DNA of 63,846 bases from a virus (Duplodnaviria; Caudoviricetes). Position 1 is the stretch's first letter; the number at the start of each line of letters is the position of its first letter. Positions 1-8,688 of the stretch are shown here, one piece after another. The notes under the pieces are model-generated. The model was not told the origin of the DNA, searched no databases, and saw only the letters and a program-made list of their open reading frames with translations. The translations under genes were made by a program, and so were the position numbers. The stretch spans positions 1 to 63,846 of the IMG/VR virus record IMGVR_UViG_3300036766_002130; one strand, written 5' to 3'.

Positions 1-607
1 CCTGGTCAATTAGAAACAAGGTGGTGTTACTCTCAGCAATAGCTTTGATATACTTTCTAAATCCAAGAGATAGCTGCTTAGCACGATATGCTCCAAAACC
101 TTGCTCATCCATCCTCCTCTCATCTTCAATCTTTGCAGGAAGAGCTGTAACACTATCAGTTACATTAATCTTTGGATTAGTATTTAGTTTCTTTTTCTTA
201 TCATCCTTATAAATAATTGAAGTAATCCAGTCGTCAAACAACTCCTCCAGAGTTCCTGGGTATCCTTTTTTAGTCTTGTTCCAGTCAAATCCATACATTA
301 AAGCAAATTCCGGGTCCATAGTATGTTCAACATCATTATAGTAAGTTTCTATCCCCGCCCGTTGGGCATAGCCAAGAATAGTAGCTGCTAACACAGATTT
401 ACACGTACTCATACCTCCATAGGCCTGCACAATTCTTCCAAGTGGGATGCCACCAGGAAATCTGTTAGCAATAGCAAAATCAAGAACAGTGCACCCTGTT
501 TGAATCCACGTACTTACAGGAGGAAGATCAACTATCTCACTCGCCTTTTCAGAGGTTTTTTCAACTTCCGATTTTTCTTCAACTTCTGGTTTTTCTCTTT
601 TGTTCAT
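1..607 (-). CDS. recA: RecA/UvsX-like recombinase (runs off the left edge; absent from the ORF track)
   Basis: Manual translation from ATG 607 gives ...IQTGCTVLDFAIANRFPGGIPLGRIVQAYGGMSTCKS...DVEHTMDPEFA...VTDSVTAL...RAKQLS...TTLFLIDQ, the RecA motif series. Confidence 0.9.
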   Translation of the reverse strand, partial: MNKREKPEVEEKSEVEKTSEKASEIVDLPPVSTWIQTGCTVLDFAIANRFPGGIPLGRIVQAYGGMSTCKSVLAATILGYAQRAGIETYYNDVEHTMDPEFALMYGFDWNKTKKGYPGTLEELFDDWITSIIYKDDKKKKLNTNPKINVTDSVTALPAKIEDERRMDEQGFGAYRAKQLSLGFRKYIKAIAESNTTLFLIDQ

Positions 608-608
608 C

Positions 609-1142
609 TTATTCCTCCTCTACTTCATGCTCATTTTCTTCTCGATCTTCGTTTGCCTTCTTACCCCGCAAATCCAAAATTGCCTGCTCCGCCGACTTCC
701 AGCCTCCCTGGCTAACTACATCCTCTTGACTATAATAAGAATAGATAAACAGCCGAACCAAATCTCTAAGCATCGACTTTCGCTGCTCAACAGCAGCCAA
801 GAGAACTGAAGCTTCATTAGCCAGCTTGTCAGCTTCAATATAAGTAGTAACAGCACCCTGATACTCATCACTAGTTGTTATTACTGCATCTACTGATCCC
901 TCTGTAACTTTACCAGATAAACTGTATGTCTCTGGGTTCTTTCTTATCTTCAGAGACAAGTCTGCCTTAATAAAATCAAGATGCTCCTTTGATCGTTTAG
1001 CTTCTGCTCTAACAGAAGAAACCCACTCACCAATTTCTTCATACAAAGCGGCTTGCTGTAAACATTCCTGCTCCAAACTAAACTGGTTTATTGGCAAACG
1101 TTGCCTGAAATGGTTCAAAGCTTCTTTACTTTCTTCGTTCAT
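609..1142 (-). CDS. Helical recombination mediator (UvsY-like)
   Basis: Coiled-coil protein with KVTEGSVDAVI...EQRKSML, located between the SSB-like gene and recA. Confidence 0.5.
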   Translation of the reverse strand: MNEESKEALNHFRQRLPINQFSLEQECLQQAALYEEIGEWVSSVRAEAKRSKEHLDFIKADLSLKIRKNPETYSLSGKVTEGSVDAVITTSDEYQGAVTTYIEADKLANEASVLLAAVEQRKSMLRDLVRLFIYSYYSQEDVVSQGGWKSAEQAILDLRGKKANEDREENEHEVEEE

Positions 1143-1231
1143 TATCAGAGCTCCTCAACTCTAATTATAGAATATAATTCCAAAAAGCCTCCGTGCCAGT
1201 TTTCTCCTAACAACAAGACTCTCTTTTATTT

Positions 1232-1456
1232 CTATTTAGTTAAGGTTAAATCAATCTGAGCTATATCCATACAACTGACACCCCTTACAAAAATATCTCC
1301 TAACTTTCCATAATCTTGCTCTCGCGCTGCCAAATAAGCTTTGTCACGTGCTAACTGAATGGATTCAGCTTCCACAAGAACTTGTGCTACTATAGGACAA
1401 TAAACTACACTAGAATCATCTTCAAACTGTACACCAATATCAACCAACCATTTCAT
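1232..1456 (-). CDS. Hypothetical protein
   Basis: ORF with a GAGGTAG RBS. Confidence 0.6.
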   Translation of the reverse strand: MKWLVDIGVQFEDDSSVVYCPIVAQVLVEAESIQLARDKAYLAAREQDYGKLGDIFVRGVSCMDIAQIDLTLTK

Positions 1457-1570
1457 CTTACTACCTCACTTTCTTATCCTAACAAACCCATATCCACTTT
1501 TTTATAAACTTCAAACGTTGTTTTACTACTCAACTTTCAACTCCTAGCCCGCTCTCAAACGCTTGGAGTG

Positions 1571-1615
1571 GTAACCGAACCGAACGCAACTCAACATAAC
1601 TAAACTTAACTTAAC
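1571..1615. repeat. Pentanucleotide array (NNAAC)x9
   Basis: gtAAC cgAAC cgAAC gcAAC tcAAC atAAC taAAC ttAAC ttAAC, intergenic. Confidence 0.85.
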
Positions 1616-1657
1616 AGAAGTGTGGCTTTTTAATACTGTCCACGTCAGCTTGTTCTT

Positions 1658-2617
1658 TTATTCCTTCGCACGCCTTCGAGCTTCGATCTCTGCTAACTTT
1701 TGCCTAACCGAAGCAGCTTGTGCAGAATTCTCAGGTGCTCCATCCCTAGATCGAACTCTACTCTTCCTATTCTCAGCTCCGGCCTCTTCTACAACCTCTT
1801 TTGCTTCATTCTTCCCAGGCTCCTCTACCACACTCTTTTCTGGTTCCTTCACGGATTCGTCTCTAGTCCTCTCCCCTCTTGTAGCAGAACCAGTTTCTTT
1901 TTCCTTATTCTCTTCAGAGGGGGTCATACCAGAAACAGCTTGAACCATTTCTTCTTCATCCGGAACAAGAAGGATATCATCAGGAGAAGGGAGATCCTTA
2001 TACCAGCATTCAGGAACTTCCCCAGCCTCTTTCAGTACAAAGTTACCATAGGAAGTTCTCTTCCCATCAATCCGGGTAAACTCAATATCTCTTCCTTCCT
2101 TTGGATCAGTAGGATCAATCTTTTTGCCTGTTCTCTTGTCCACTGATAGTGAACAGATCTGTTGATAAATAGTAGGTGGGCAGTCAAACCACTTAGGCCC
2201 CTCTTCTTCGGTCTGAGAGGAAGTAGTATCGACAACAAAAAGCAAGTACCTTTTAGCAGCAGCAAGTTCCCCAATAACAATGGGATCTGCATTCTCACTC
2301 TTAAGCTTCTTTATGTAATCACAAACAGGGCATCTCTTCTTAAACATTGCTTGTAAACAAAGAAAGGTATTTCCATCTGCCCCAACATTGGAATGCTTCC
2401 AGATTTCCTTAGCAAAAGGTCCCACCTTACTTGGAGTTACGACCCTAATAAAGTTGTTACCTTTAGGCTTTTTTGTATCGTAGCGATCAATCCCTAATCT
2501 TTCTAGTTTAGCTGTGTCAACATAATTAAAGTTGACTCTCCGGCCAGTAGCCTTTGCACCGGCTGAGATTGCTTCCTCTCTACTTGGATCAATTGAACTC
2601 ATCTGATTTACCTCCAA
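1658..2617 (-). CDS. Single-stranded DNA-binding protein (gp32-like); probable start MSSID at 2602
   Basis: N.IRV, H...C...CPVC zinc site, DPKEGRDIEFTR.GK.T.Y motif, long acidic tail. Confidence 0.7.
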   Translation of the reverse strand: MEVNQMSSIDPSREEAISAGAKATGRRVNFNYVDTAKLERLGIDRYDTKKPKGNNFIRVVTPSKVGPFAKEIWKHSNVGADGNTFLCLQAMFKKRCPVCDYIKKLKSENADPIVIGELAAAKRYLLFVVDTTSSQTEEEGPKWFDCPPTIYQQICSLSVDKRTGKKIDPTDPKEGRDIEFTRIDGKRTSYGNFVLKEAGEVPECWYKDLPSPDDILLVPDEEEMVQAVSGMTPSEENKEKETGSATRGERTRDESVKEPEKSVVEEPGKNEAKEVVEEAGAENRKSRVRSRDGAPENSAQAASVRQKLAEIEARRRAKE

Positions 2618-2765
2618 AAATTGTTTCTATTCTTTTTTGATATCTTTCTTCCAATTTTTCACTTTGTCTGTCCATAGTTCACAAACTATTCCATCAGTAG
2701 CCCACTCCTTTACAGGAATATCTTCACAGATTGAAGCCCTACAATTTCTACAAGTCTTTTTCTTA

Positions 2766-3734
2766 CTATTCATTTTCATCCCCCCAAGTCTCAAAGCAAG
2801 CACGAGCTATCAAAGCTCCTAACTGAGATTTCCCTCCATAGTATACGCTTGTAGCAAATATTCCCAGAAGATGAGTAATATCTTTTGCAGCTTGCATATC
2901 AGTTTGTTTCTTCAATTTATTGAATAGAAAAGTAAGTATAGACCTACGAACTTTCTCTGGCTCTTCATCAATTAAAGAGAACTTTTCAATTATCTGTTTC
3001 CACTTCTTCTCTCTCTGCTCTGGAGCCATTATAAGAAGTTTCAACAAATCCAACATGGTAGCATCTCTTTCTGTACCTTCTACGAGTAACTCAAGAGCTT
3101 CATCCACGTTTGTGATATCAGAAACTTGCTCCAGAGAAACTAAAGCTGCTCTTGGAGATCCCGCACATATTAGAGCTATTGCTTCTATGATATCTTTGTG
3201 AATCTCCAACTTCTTTTCTTTACAAGCTCGCTTCAGTACTTCTACTATCCCTTTTTCAGAAAGTAGGGTAACCTCATACTCAGCACACCTGTTTCGAACG
3301 GTTTCAATAATCCTTGAAGGATCTGTTGTACAAAGGATATAGTAACAATATGAAGGGTTATCCTCTAGAATCTTTAGTAGAGCCTGCTGGGCATCATTGG
3401 TAAGAGCATGGGATTCGTCTATGATATAAGTTTTTGTAGTTCCTCCAAGTCCACGAAAGGATGAGGTTGAACCAATTTCTCGAATAGTATCTATTCCTCT
3501 GGTATTTGCCGCATCTAGTCCAAAAGTGCTATCTCTATTAGAACCAAACGCTGTCGCTAGAATGCGAGCTATTGTGGTCTTTCCACAACCACTAGGACCT
3601 TTCAAAAGAATGGCATGTGGTTGCTCGCTAGCAGGCTTTCTCAGCATCTTTGAAAGAGCACCAATAGTAGATGCGTTTCCTACAATTTCTTCAAGTCTTG
3701 TTGGTCGTACAGCTTGATAAAGGGACATCTTCAA
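2766..3734 (-). CDS. dnaX: Clamp loader, DnaX (gamma/tau)-like AAA+ ATPase
   Basis: SLYQAVRP, GPSGCGKTT, IIDESH, ALLKILE, TVRNRC, GSPRAA. Confidence 0.88.
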   Translation of the reverse strand: MKMSLYQAVRPTRLEEIVGNASTIGALSKMLRKPASEQPHAILLKGPSGCGKTTIARILATAFGSNRDSTFGLDAANTRGIDTIREIGSTSSFRGLGGTTKTYIIDESHALTNDAQQALLKILEDNPSYCYYILCTTDPSRIIETVRNRCAEYEVTLLSEKGIVEVLKRACKEKKLEIHKDIIEAIALICAGSPRAALVSLEQVSDITNVDEALELLVEGTERDATMLDLLKLLIMAPEQREKKWKQIIEKFSLIDEEPEKVRRSILTFLFNKLKKQTDMQAAKDITHLLGIFATSVYYGGKSQLGALIARACFETWGDENE

Positions 3735-3919
3735 TTTACCTCATTCTTTATTTTTATTCTCGTACAAAAAGAATAGCCTCATATCTTGGATTGCACCATT
3801 ATAACCCTTTGACCAATCACAATCTTTTTCAAAACCACCAACATTCCTAACACGATTTCGTAAGTATTCCTCCAGATGTTTAAGTTCTTTCTCTGCCATA
3901 AATCTTCTCCTTATCTTTG

Positions 3920-3951
3920 CTCATAAAGTTAAACTCTTTTAGATTGACCTG
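3920..3951. repeat. 32-bp direct repeat, copy 1 (copy 2 at 7186-7217)
   Basis: ctcataaa(g/a)ttaaactcttttagattgacctg, 31/32 identical. Confidence 0.85.
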
Positions 3952-3968
3952 ACTTTTTGTCTAATTTG

Positions 3969-4361
3969 TTATTCTGCACCACACAAAGGGCAATCGCCTG
4001 GAATATGTGCTTCTTCACATTCTATTGCAGATAATGTACCTTCCGGCCAACCATAAAGCTTTCTAGCAAGAATTTTCTTTTGAAGGGGTAATCTTTTTTC
4101 TCTTTCAATCACAGAATGATAAAACTTATCCTCCCTCCAACCAAAATAAATTATTTTACCTATATTAAGAAAATAGGCTACAGCACCAGAACAGAAGGCG
4201 ATAAAACAACAAAGTTGACTAAATTTGCTATTAGCTATTAGTAAGCCCAAAACTCCTATTAGCATTAACCCAGCCGTTCCCCAGTACAATCGAAAAGATG
4301 GTTCAGGCCTTTTTTCAAAATAATAGTATAACAACATTTCATCTAAGGACATTATTTTCAT
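3969..4361 (-). CDS. Hypothetical membrane protein with C-terminal Cys/His motif
   Basis: Two hydrophobic segments, CEEAHIPGDCPLCG, AGGAGG RBS. Confidence 0.6.
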   Translation of the reverse strand: MKIMSLDEMLLYYYFEKRPEPSFRLYWGTAGLMLIGVLGLLIANSKFSQLCCFIAFCSGAVAYFLNIGKIIYFGWREDKFYHSVIEREKRLPLQKKILARKLYGWPEGTLSAIECEEAHIPGDCPLCGAE

Positions 4362-4441
4362 ATTACTACCTCCTTAACTTTACCTCTTTTACATTATAAT
4401 TATACAAGAACTACCCACCCTTCTTATAATTTTTCCTACCA

Positions 4442-7129
4442 TTAAACCACTTTTAAGGGAAGTTGTTTACTTTCAATCAAACTCCGAAGTAGAACATGAA
4501 ATGCTGTTCCCTGAATAATGTTGTTGCCTAATTGGTTAACACTCAAAGGTCCAACCCTTCGCCAACCAGTAGGAGCTTCTACATAACCATCCTTCAAGTA
4601 ATCATGTATAACTTTATTTTGCCACTCCTTAACATAGTGGTACTCTTCCCAGAATTCTTTTTGTGTTTTAATTATATGCTCAACTGGAACTTCCGGAAAA
4701 GATCGGGCAATACTCTTAGCCGTTGAATTATAAACACTTGGGAATACAAATCCATTCTTACCTCGATATCTTTCATCTTTTGTTACCTCTTCTATCAACT
4801 TTTGAAAAACTTTACCTGCCCACCTTCTATGAGTATCAAAAGGATTCGCTCCACCTTCAGGATGTTCTTTACTCCACTTTTGACCTTCCTTAATCTGTCT
4901 AGTAAGTTCTGGATCTTTGGAAATCATCGCAATAAGCCTTACTTCCATCCCACTATAATCAACTTCGAGAAGAACTCTTGTTCTTCCACTTCCATCATTA
5001 AGAAACTCCTCTAACTTAACTTTCTTGTCTTTTCCAATTCTAACATAAAAACCGGACTCAGTAATCCCAACCGCGTGCATTTCATACCAATTCCATCCTA
5101 CTTCCCATTCAACCTCTAACGGAATATCCCCTTGCCAATCGAACCACTTGGAACACATAATTTCAGTTACTGTGTTAATTGCCTCTTTAACTACATATAT
5201 ATTGGTATCAAATGTAACACTATCATGAACTTCAAAAACTGGAACAATAGGAAACTTTCGTTCTACAGAAGGAATAATACATTTCCGAAACACCTTCAAT
5301 TCTTTATCATGCTTGAACACATTTTGAATGTTAGGGCTATCCGCACTAGATCTATAACTTTCAGCAAAATTCAAATTATATGAAGGATGTACATAACAAT
5401 TAGCATCCATTACATTTCTATAATTAGCTACCCGTTCGGTCAAACTGCAGCACTTCCGAAACCTAAAAAGAGAATTAACTAAAGTTCTTACTTCTTCATT
5501 CCTAGTTTTTTCAAGTATAGTATTTAGAGCTTCTTCATCAGTTGAACCTTTTTTGGTAGCAGTTTCTTTATACTTCTCCTCTCTATAAGTATCATATAAG
5601 ATTTTCTCTAATTGTGCTGGGGAATCTGGGTTAAAAATGCTATTGTGTTCCTCTTCATACTTCTTAACTCCAGGAAGAGAACGCATTTCTAAAACTCGAA
5701 GATCTTTTTCTTCTTGATAATCTTTTTCAAGTTTCTCCAGACAGTTCACATCAAGACGAATCCCATCCTCTCTCATATTCACAAGAGCCTTCGATCCTTC
5801 ATGAAGAAGTTGATAAAACTCTTCTAATCTACCTCTCTCCTCAAGAATTTTCCGTTGCCTATAATATGACATCAAGGTATATTGAACATCCCAACCCGTG
5901 TAATTACAAACATTTTTCAGTGGCTCGGACAGTAATTTTTTCACATCAACTGTTTTCTTGTACTCATGCCCGGTCATTTCATAAGCTTGAAAACCCAAAC
6001 TAGTAGTATAACGAGTATTATTTATAACATGTGCAGCTATCATGGTATCGTGCACATAGTTGTTCATAGGCTGATGTAAAAATACTCTATTCCAAATTTC
6101 CTCCATATTCACATTCTGAACAGCCTTTGGAGTATTACTTGCTAGAAAACTTTGCCATGCTCCAATTATCTTCTTTCGCTCTTCTTCTGTAAAAATTTCT
6201 TTCCCATCATCCCAGTGCAACTTAAGTGGAATAACTACAGCCGATTCAACATCATCCGTTATCGAAATAGACAAAAGATCAGCTCCAGCCTCCCAAGGAG
6301 TTAATGTAGTTGTTTCATAGTCATAAGAAATAACCTGTTTGGAGTCGGAAAAATATTCAAGGAGTTCTGTAATCTCAGAAACATCTGTAACGCATTTATT
6401 TCCATCTTCAGTTAGAGGCTTAGGAAGTGGTGTTCCAAGATATGATATCACATTTGCTAAATCATATCCAAACACAATTTCATCGTCTGGATACTTATCT
6501 GGCTTTCCTTTTCTATGGAGAAAGAATGCAGGATGAAACAAACAGCCAACCCAGCAATTATACTTATGGCAAGGAATAGCTCTTCCATGCATTTGATTTG
6601 CAGTAAAGCTAGATAGGTGCTGAGGTTTGAGAACTGCATTCATAGCAGGAGCACCCAAACATATAATAAAGTCAGGTTTTGTTTCTTCTATATCTTTCTC
6701 AAGTAAAGAATGGCAACACCTAATCTGGTCTTTGGTTGGGTTCTTATCCTTACCCTTCTTATCTTTTCCCGGATAGCACCGAACAACATTTGTTCTCCAA
6801 CAATCTTTATCTACATCAATACCAACGTAGCTAAGATACTTTCTCAACATGCTTCCAGAAGCACCAACAAAGGGAATACCTTGCTTATCTTCATTCCAAC
6901 CAGGGCAAAGTCCAACTATGAGAATCTTTTTCTTTCCATCTCCAAACCTCTCTATCTTTGGACTTCTACAGCTTTCACATAGTTTGCATGTGGAGCAATC
7001 ATAGACTTTTGGGGAAGATTTCCTGCCAGAGGTGCTTCCTCCACTAGATCTTCTCCTTCGAGATTCCTCAGGATGATCTCTCTGATACTCTTCAAAAGTG
7101 CTCATGAAGAAAGCGCGTTGCTTTGACAT
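4442..7129 (-). CDS. polA: Family A DNA polymerase with N-terminal uracil-DNA glycosylase and 3'-5' exonuclease; palm motifs permuted (C-A-B)
   Basis: UDG: CSTCKLC, GLCPGWNED..G.PFVGASG, TNVVRC, HPA. Exonuclease: YDYETT, YTGWD. Polymerase: RSS..SPNIQN, EVHDS, DYSGMEVR, RYRGKNGFVFPSVY, NNIIQGTA. Confidence 0.93.
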   Translation of the reverse strand: MSKQRAFFMSTFEEYQRDHPEESRRRRSSGGSTSGRKSSPKVYDCSTCKLCESCRSPKIERFGDGKKKILIVGLCPGWNEDKQGIPFVGASGSMLRKYLSYVGIDVDKDCWRTNVVRCYPGKDKKGKDKNPTKDQIRCCHSLLEKDIEETKPDFIICLGAPAMNAVLKPQHLSSFTANQMHGRAIPCHKYNCWVGCLFHPAFFLHRKGKPDKYPDDEIVFGYDLANVISYLGTPLPKPLTEDGNKCVTDVSEITELLEYFSDSKQVISYDYETTTLTPWEAGADLLSISITDDVESAVVIPLKLHWDDGKEIFTEEERKKIIGAWQSFLASNTPKAVQNVNMEEIWNRVFLHQPMNNYVHDTMIAAHVINNTRYTTSLGFQAYEMTGHEYKKTVDVKKLLSEPLKNVCNYTGWDVQYTLMSYYRQRKILEERGRLEEFYQLLHEGSKALVNMREDGIRLDVNCLEKLEKDYQEEKDLRVLEMRSLPGVKKYEEEHNSIFNPDSPAQLEKILYDTYREEKYKETATKKGSTDEEALNTILEKTRNEEVRTLVNSLFRFRKCCSLTERVANYRNVMDANCYVHPSYNLNFAESYRSSADSPNIQNVFKHDKELKVFRKCIIPSVERKFPIVPVFEVHDSVTFDTNIYVVKEAINTVTEIMCSKWFDWQGDIPLEVEWEVGWNWYEMHAVGITESGFYVRIGKDKKVKLEEFLNDGSGRTRVLLEVDYSGMEVRLIAMISKDPELTRQIKEGQKWSKEHPEGGANPFDTHRRWAGKVFQKLIEEVTKDERYRGKNGFVFPSVYNSTAKSIARSFPEVPVEHIIKTQKEFWEEYHYVKEWQNKVIHDYLKDGYVEAPTGWRRVGPLSVNQLGNNIIQGTAFHVLLRSLIESKQLPLKVV

Positions 7130-7185
7130 TTACCCTTTCCTTTTGTTTGTAATGAACTGCTCTTCAAAGTAGTTTAATATCCTTA

Positions 7186-7217
7186 CTCATAAAATTAAAC
7201 TCTTTTAGATTGACCTG
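7186..7217. repeat. 32-bp direct repeat, copy 2
   Basis: Matches 3920-3951. Confidence 0.85.
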
Positions 7218-7258
7218 TTAGTTTTATGTTTGGTTTTGGGGAGCTTGGTCCTGGCAAG

Positions 7259-7537
7259 TTATTCATTCATCCCGCCTTTTGGAGAATTAAGGTGATATTC
7301 ATCTAATGCTTCTTTAAGTTTTTTCATAACACGATCTAATTCAATACTTGCCGTCTGATCTCTCGGTTCGTATAATGCTTTTTTAAGTTCTTTCATAACA
7401 TGATCTAAGTTGATGCTTGTTGTCTTATCTCTGGGTCGAGGCCAAGCTTTAGGTGGTTCAATCCAACCTCCGCCACTTTGTAGACACCGGTTTATAATTA
7501 TTGTAAGTAAAGCCAATGTGAACCAACCTAAGACCAT
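7259..7537 (-). CDS. Hypothetical protein with internal tandem repeat
   Basis: PRDKTTSINLDHVMKELKKAL and PRDQTASIELDRVMKKLKEAL; hydrophobic N-terminus. Confidence 0.55.
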   Translation of the reverse strand: MVLGWFTLALLTIIINRCLQSGGGWIEPPKAWPRPRDKTTSINLDHVMKELKKALYEPRDQTASIELDRVMKKLKEALDEYHLNSPKGGMNE

Positions 7538-7581
7538 TCCACCTATAATCTGATCCTAATTCAAATCTGATATATCCATTT

Positions 7582-8640
7582 CTATTCCTCCTCTTCACCT
7601 GATTTTGTTTGTAACAAGTAACGTAAGCTCCCTTTCTCAACTAAAGTTAAGCCTGTATCGGGAAAATACTTGATACTAGAGCACACCCCGGAAACATCTT
7701 TTAGAAAAACAGGGTTAACATTAAATGTAAAATTAGAGTTTAGATTTTCTGTTATCTCAAGTTCTTCTACAAGCTCTCCAAGCTCTGCATTCTTTGAAAT
7801 TACAGTGCATTTATTTTTACAAACTTCCAGAACAATCTCCTTATCAATAGGGTTAACATTAGCAAGAAAGATGGTATGTCGCTCTAACACATCCCCCAAT
7901 CCGCTGATAAATTTAATCTCTACGAAAGGAGAACCAGTAGCAGGAAAATACTGTAGAACATCCCGGTATTCTCCTTCATAAGTACTGGAAGCAATCCGCG
8001 TACCGTCCTCTAGCAAAACTACAAATGAGTTACTCTCTTTATCATAACCTATTGCAGAGATTTCGTGCCTATTTTTGATCATAATGCTGATAAGTTTGAG
8101 GGGCAAAATACATACCAACCCATCAAAACTACTTCCTAGGGACCAGCAAGCTATCCGATACCTATCCGTACTTAGCAAAGTATCCTTATTAATCATAACA
8201 CCACAAATTGGCCCAGCGGTTTCATCTTTAGAAACTGCAAGTCTACAAAAATTGAGACCTTCAACTATGTCTTCTATCTTAGATTTATCATCATAAACAA
8301 GTTGAGGAATTTCTATATCTCTAACATCAATGCTCTTTTGAATAGTAAAAGAGCCTTTCAAACCCCCTGCTTTTACAAGAATACTGCTTTCACTTTGTAC
8401 TAATTCCACTTCCTCTTCAGCCAAACTCCTTAGTAGAGAAAGTATGGGTGCTCCGGGGACTCCACATTCAAATTCTGTATCTTCAGGAAGCTCAGTATGA
8501 ATTCTCATGATTCCATCATAAGCTTGGACAATCTTCCCCTTAAACTGGAAGCACTGGAACTCGGGAACAAGTACATTTACACCCACTACGGGATAGACTT
8601 TTTCCAGACTGTTAACCAAATTTTTTCTGTTCATCTTCAT
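7582..8640 (-). CDS. dnaN: DNA sliding clamp (DnaN-like)
   Basis: 352 aa; AVSKDE..P.ICGV, STDRYRIA, EGEY, FNVNPVFLKD. Confidence 0.82.
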   Translation of the reverse strand: MKMNRKNLVNSLEKVYPVVGVNVLVPEFQCFQFKGKIVQAYDGIMRIHTELPEDTEFECGVPGAPILSLLRSLAEEEVELVQSESSILVKAGGLKGSFTIQKSIDVRDIEIPQLVYDDKSKIEDIVEGLNFCRLAVSKDETAGPICGVMINKDTLLSTDRYRIACWSLGSSFDGLVCILPLKLISIMIKNRHEISAIGYDKESNSFVVLLEDGTRIASSTYEGEYRDVLQYFPATGSPFVEIKFISGLGDVLERHTIFLANVNPIDKEIVLEVCKNKCTVISKNAELGELVEELEITENLNSNFTFNVNPVFLKDVSGVCSSIKYFPDTGLTLVEKGSLRYLLQTKSGEEEE

Positions 8641-8688
8641 ATTCTTTTCTCCAAATTTTTAATCACCCTTAAGCATTTTTTACAAACC

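Noticed and set aside
500-2356. Plus-strand ORFs over recA, the UvsY-like gene and ssb, and similar antisense ORFs throughout
   Set aside because: They overlap well-supported minus-strand genes and have no recognisable motifs.
4994-5266. Intein or intron in polA
   Set aside because: The block is itself PolA motif C sequence; it has no intein termini or intron features, and no other motif C follows.
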